Source: Tannerellaceae bacterium (GTDB lineage: Bacteria > Bacteroidota > Bacteroidia > Bacteroidales > Tannerellaceae). From it: a DNA stretch of 40,635 nt. A model generated the notes under the pieces. The model saw only the letters and a program-made list of their open reading frames with translations, did not search any database and was not told the origin of the DNA. Location: assembly GCA_963648005.1 (NCBI GenBank), contig CAVJCD010000002.1, forward strand, positions 1 to 40,635, read 5' to 3'. The position numbers and the translations under genes are program-made. Below, piece by piece: positions 36,992 to 40,635 of this stretch (the stretch's first letter is position 1; each line of letters begins with the position of its first letter).

Positions 36992-38647
36992 ATGGAGCTA
37001 CAATTACAAAACAAAACCTTGGGGCAGTGGCTGGAGCATTGGGCAGAGCTTACGCCCGACAAGGAGTATATAGTTTATTCCGACAGAGACCTGCGCTTCA
37101 CTTGGAAAGAGTTCAACGAACGCGTAGACAGGATGGCGAAGGGAATGCTCTCTATCGGTGTTGAGCATGGCACACACGTGGGGATATGGGCAACGAATGT
37201 GCCCGACTGGCTGACCTTTCTCTACGCGGCAGCCAAAATCGGAGCCGTTGCCGTTACAGTGAACACCAACTACAAGCAAAACGAACTGGAGTTTTTGGTC
37301 GAGAATGCCGACATACATACAATGTGTATCACCGACGGTGTGTTCGACGGAAGCTACGTTGATATGATGTATACCATGCTTCCCGAGTTGAAGGAATCGC
37401 AGCGTGGCTATATGAACAGCAAACGTTTCCCGCGGCTCAAGAATGTGGTTTACATCGGCCAGGAGAAATACCGCGGAATGTATAACACGCCGGAGCTTCT
37501 CCTCTTGGGCGAGAACGTGAGCGACGAATGCCTGGAGGATGCCAAAAAGAAGGTCAGTTGTCACGACGTTGTAAACATGCAATACACCTCCGGCACAACC
37601 GGATTCCCCAAGGGGGTCATGCTGACACATTATAATATTGCCAACAACGGGTTGCTGACCGGCGAGCACATGAAATTTACTGCCGACGACAAGCTTTGTT
37701 GCTGTGTGCCTCTTTTCCACTGCTTCGGCGTGGTGTTGGCATCCATGAACGTGTTGACGCACGGCTGTACGCAGGTGATGGTAGAGAAGTTCGACCCGTT
37801 GGTTGTGCTGGCATCGGTACACAAGGAGCGTTGTACGGCTCTCTATGGTGTGCCTACAATGTTCATCGCCGAGCTGAATCATCCGATGTTCTCTATGTTC
37901 GACCTAACCTCACTCCGCACCGGCATCATGGCAGGTTCGCTTTGCCCCATTGAGTTGATGCGTCAGGTGGAAGAGAAAATGTATATGAAGATAACCAGTG
38001 TGTATGGCCTCACGGAGACATCTCCCGGTATGACCCATTCGCGCATCGACGACCCGGAGGAAGCTCGCTACACCACTGTTGGTCGCGATTACGAGTTCAC
38101 CGAAGTGCGTGTGATAGACCCTGAGACAGGCGAGGAATGTCCCGTTGGCGTACAGGGTGAGATGTGTAACCGTGGCTACAACACGATGAAGGGCTACTAC
38201 AACAATCCCGAAGCCACAGCCGAAGTGCTCGATAGAAACGGATTCCTCCATAGCGGCGACCTCGGTGTGAAAGACGAGAACGGATACTATCGCATCACCG
38301 GACGTATCAAGGATATGATTATCCGCGGAGGCGAGAATGTCTATCCTCGCGAGATAGAAGAGTTTCTTTATCACCTGGAAGGAGTGAAAGATGTGCAGGT
38401 GGCAGCCGTGCCGTCGAAGAAATACGGCGAGGAAGTGGGCGCTTTCATTGTCTTGCATGAAGGAGTGAAGATGACGGAAGAGGAGGTAAAAGACTTCTGC
38501 CGCGGCAAGATTGCCCGCCACAAGATTCCGAAATACATTTTCTTTGTCGACACCTTCCCGATGACCGGCAGCGGAAAGATTCAGAAGTTCAAACTGAAAG
38601 ACCTAAGCCTTAAACTGCTCGCCGAGCAGGGCATCACACCGGTATAA
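36992..38647 (+). CDS. AMP-dependent acyl-CoA synthetase/ligase, substrate unknown
   Basis: [36 protein letters not shown] and TGSGKIQK motifs. Confidence 0.93.
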   Translation: MELQLQNKTLGQWLEHWAELTPDKEYIVYSDRDLRFTWKEFNERVDRMAKGMLSIGVEHGTHVGIWATNVPDWLTFLYAAAKIGAVAVTVNTNYKQNELEFLVENADIHTMCITDGVFDGSYVDMMYTMLPELKESQRGYMNSKRFPRLKNVVYIGQEKYRGMYNTPELLLLGENVSDECLEDAKKKVSCHDVVNMQYTSGTTGFPKGVMLTHYNIANNGLLTGEHMKFTADDKLCCCVPLFHCFGVVLASMNVLTHGCTQVMVEKFDPLVVLASVHKERCTALYGVPTMFIAELNHPMFSMFDLTSLRTGIMAGSLCPIELMRQVEEKMYMKITSVYGLTETSPGMTHSRIDDPEEARYTTVGRDYEFTEVRVIDPETGEECPVGVQGEMCNRGYNTMKGYYNNPEATAEVLDRNGFLHSGDLGVKDENGYYRITGRIKDMIIRGGENVYPREIEEFLYHLEGVKDVQVAAVPSKKYGEEVGAFIVLHEGVKMTEEEVKDFCRGKIARHKIPKYIFFVDTFPMTGSGKIQKFKLKDLSLKLLAEQGITPV

Positions 38648-38666
38648 TCCTCTTGGGGCAAGAAAT

Positions 38667-38710
38667 AAAAAAGCGACATCGCAACTTTTCTCTGCGGTGT
38701 CGCTTTTTTT
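38667..38710. terminator. Bidirectional intrinsic terminator
   Basis: AAAAAAGCGACATCGCA / TGCGGTGTCGCTTTTTT between convergent genes. Confidence 0.85.
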
Positions 38711-38731
38711 GATTGACTATGATAAGAGGGA

Positions 38732-40537
38732 TTATATCTTCTTTTCGATAACAGCCTGCACTACGTTCAGCACGTAGTCACCCAGTTTCTCCGATTCCCC
38801 GACGAGGTCCATATAATATACGCCGTCCTGGTATTGATATTTCTTTGCGTTGATATCTTCCATATTTCGGTTCTTCAACTGGTTGCGGTAGTTGTTAATC
38901 TCGTTTTCGAGGTTGTAGGACTGGTTGATGTCGTCGTGCATCACTTCCTGAAGCTTGAGAATATCGTTCATTCTTGTCAGTGCCTTATCCAAGAGGGCAA
39001 ACATCTGGTCGATATTGTGGTTTTGCTCATCGGTAAACGTCGACTTGCCATCGTTGCGACGGCGTATGCCGCGTGCCAGATTGTTGCACGAATCGGCAAT
39101 GCTCTCTATCTCCGTAACGGCGCGGAGCATGATGCGAATCTCTTCTTTACTCTCCGAACTCAGTCGACCCTCGGAAACGAGTGTGAGGTAGTTGGCTATC
39201 TCCACCTCCATGCGGTCGCTTATGTTCTCGTATTTCTCAACGCGGTTGTATATCTTCAGGAAGTTGTCTTCGTCTTTTTCGTATAACAGATTCTTGACCA
39301 TGCCGAACATGCGCTGCGTACGTTCGCCAAACACGGCAATCTCCTTCTTTGCCTGCATCAGCGACAGTTCGGAAGTGGAAAGCATGCCCGAGGGAATGTA
39401 TTTCAACTGGAACTCTTCTTCGTCGTTCACATTCTTGGGCTTGATTATTGCCGAGCAAACGTAGACATAGAATTTGACGAACCAAATCATGATACACACG
39501 TTCGTGATGTTGAAGGTGGTATGAAACAACGACAGGCCATACGACACGGAAACCTGCAAAGTCAACAGCTGCTGCTGGAGAGCCTGAAGGTGCGGGTCTG
39601 TGAGTGCCGCGCCGGAGGTTATCAGCGATATCGTTTCCGCATCGAGCGTGCTTAGAAAATGCTCCATCGCAGTTGGGTCGCCCGGACCGTAGTTGGTTAC
39701 AATCCACGATACCATATTGGTAAACGGATAGAAGAGCACCATTACCCAGCATACACCGAACACGTTGAACATAAGGTGGGCAATTGCTGCACGGCGGGCA
39801 GATACGTTAGCCGATATGGCAGCGAGGTTTGCCGTGATGGTTGTTCCGATGTTTTCTCCCAATATCATTGCGGCAGCCATCTCGAAAGGAATCCATCCCT
39901 GGGTACACATTATGAGTGTTATTGCAACGGTGGCACTCGACGACTGGACGATGATGGTAAGAACTGTTCCCAAAGCCAAAAATATAAGGAGGGAAGCGTA
40001 GCCCATCGAGGTGTAGTTCTGAAGGAAGGAAAGAATCTCGGGGTTGCTTTGCAGGTCGGGCACCGACGACTTCAGATAAGACAATCCCATGAACAAAAAG
40101 GCAAAACCCATCAGGAACTCACCGAGCGATTTCCTTTTGCTCTTGCCGGAGAATATCAGCGGGATGCAGAATGCGATGATTGGAAGAGAGAAGGCGCTGA
40201 TGTCTACCTTGAACCCAAAGATGGAGATAATCCATGCCGTGACGGTTGTGCCGACGTTGGCACCCATAATAACACTTATACTCTGTGTAAGGGTCAGGAG
40301 GCCGGCGTTGACAAAGCTGACGACCATCACTGTGGTGGCACTTGAAGATTGTATGAGTGCTGTTATAAGGAGACCGGTAAGTACGCCGGTGAAACGATTG
40401 GTTGTCATTACCGAGAGGATGCTGCGGAGCTTGTCTCCGGCAATCTTTTGCAACCCCTCACTCATCACTTTCATTCCGTATAGGAACATTCCCAATGCTC
40501 CTATAAGCGTAAGAAAATCAAAAAAAGAGTAGTCCAT
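38732..40537 (-). CDS. Na+/Pi cotransporter family protein with C-terminal PhoU-like domains
   Basis: Two QSSSAT repeats, GANVGTT and GENIGTT, and a helical C-terminus with EKLGD. Confidence 0.93.
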   Translation of the reverse strand: MDYSFFDFLTLIGALGMFLYGMKVMSEGLQKIAGDKLRSILSVMTTNRFTGVLTGLLITALIQSSSATTVMVVSFVNAGLLTLTQSISVIMGANVGTTVTAWIISIFGFKVDISAFSLPIIAFCIPLIFSGKSKRKSLGEFLMGFAFLFMGLSYLKSSVPDLQSNPEILSFLQNYTSMGYASLLIFLALGTVLTIIVQSSSATVAITLIMCTQGWIPFEMAAAMILGENIGTTITANLAAISANVSARRAAIAHLMFNVFGVCWVMVLFYPFTNMVSWIVTNYGPGDPTAMEHFLSTLDAETISLITSGAALTDPHLQALQQQLLTLQVSVSYGLSLFHTTFNITNVCIMIWFVKFYVYVCSAIIKPKNVNDEEEFQLKYIPSGMLSTSELSLMQAKKEIAVFGERTQRMFGMVKNLLYEKDEDNFLKIYNRVEKYENISDRMEVEIANYLTLVSEGRLSSESKEEIRIMLRAVTEIESIADSCNNLARGIRRRNDGKSTFTDEQNHNIDQMFALLDKALTRMNDILKLQEVMHDDINQSYNLENEINNYRNQLKNRNMEDINAKKYQYQDGVYYMDLVGESEKLGDYVLNVVQAVIEKKI

Positions 40538-40606
40538 TTTGTGAATTATGCGGAAAAAAACAATGTCAGGAAGTACATCTGATTAAATATTCCTAACTTT
40601 AGGCAA

Positions 40607-40614
40607 CAAAACTA
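40607..40614 (-). promoter_or_regulatory. Candidate -7 promoter element for the Na/Pi cotransporter
   Basis: The minus strand reads TAGTTTTG. Confidence 0.45.
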
Positions 40615-40635
40615 CAAATAATAACTGAATAACTG

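Overview
This is a chromosomal core-genome window from a Bacteroidales bacterium. The TAnnTTTG promoters, alpha2-type GlyRS, PorZ and gene order are consistent with Tannerellaceae/Porphyromonadaceae, but that placement is inference. The window opens inside a tRNA-Leu(CAA). It then runs: orphan secreted six-hairpin glycosidase-like gene; leuS-yitT; rdgB-porZ-yraN-birA; hsp20 (reverse); pyrH; glyQS-FKBP lipoprotein; a ~12 kb reverse cluster (flippase-like, pepD, rpoN, gcvH, purE, ispG, dut, TPR, DUF4292, envC, 2x short-chain chrA); rsmA-mgtE; efp-sufT-lpxH-like; pta-ackA; folP-cdaA; murF; XRE-cupin regulator with an acyl-CoA ligase; and a Na/Pi cotransporter. I found no integrase, transposase, prophage, cas gene or bona fide CRISPR array, so I cannot claim a complete new system. 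The signals the housekeeping annotation does not explain are small and mostly non-coding. (1) A 76-aa gene that looks like an internally deleted DUF6261-like protein, with a perfect hairpin at the junction and two 42-bp-spaced palindromic repeats upstream (13980-14351). (2) An exact 41-bp-period array closed by an inverted copy (36081-36256). (3) A consensus sigma54 promoter, candidate enhancer, direct repeat and SD-like site in front of hsp20. (4) A long nested hairpin upstream of leuS. Family assignments come from recognising motifs by eye, not from database searches.
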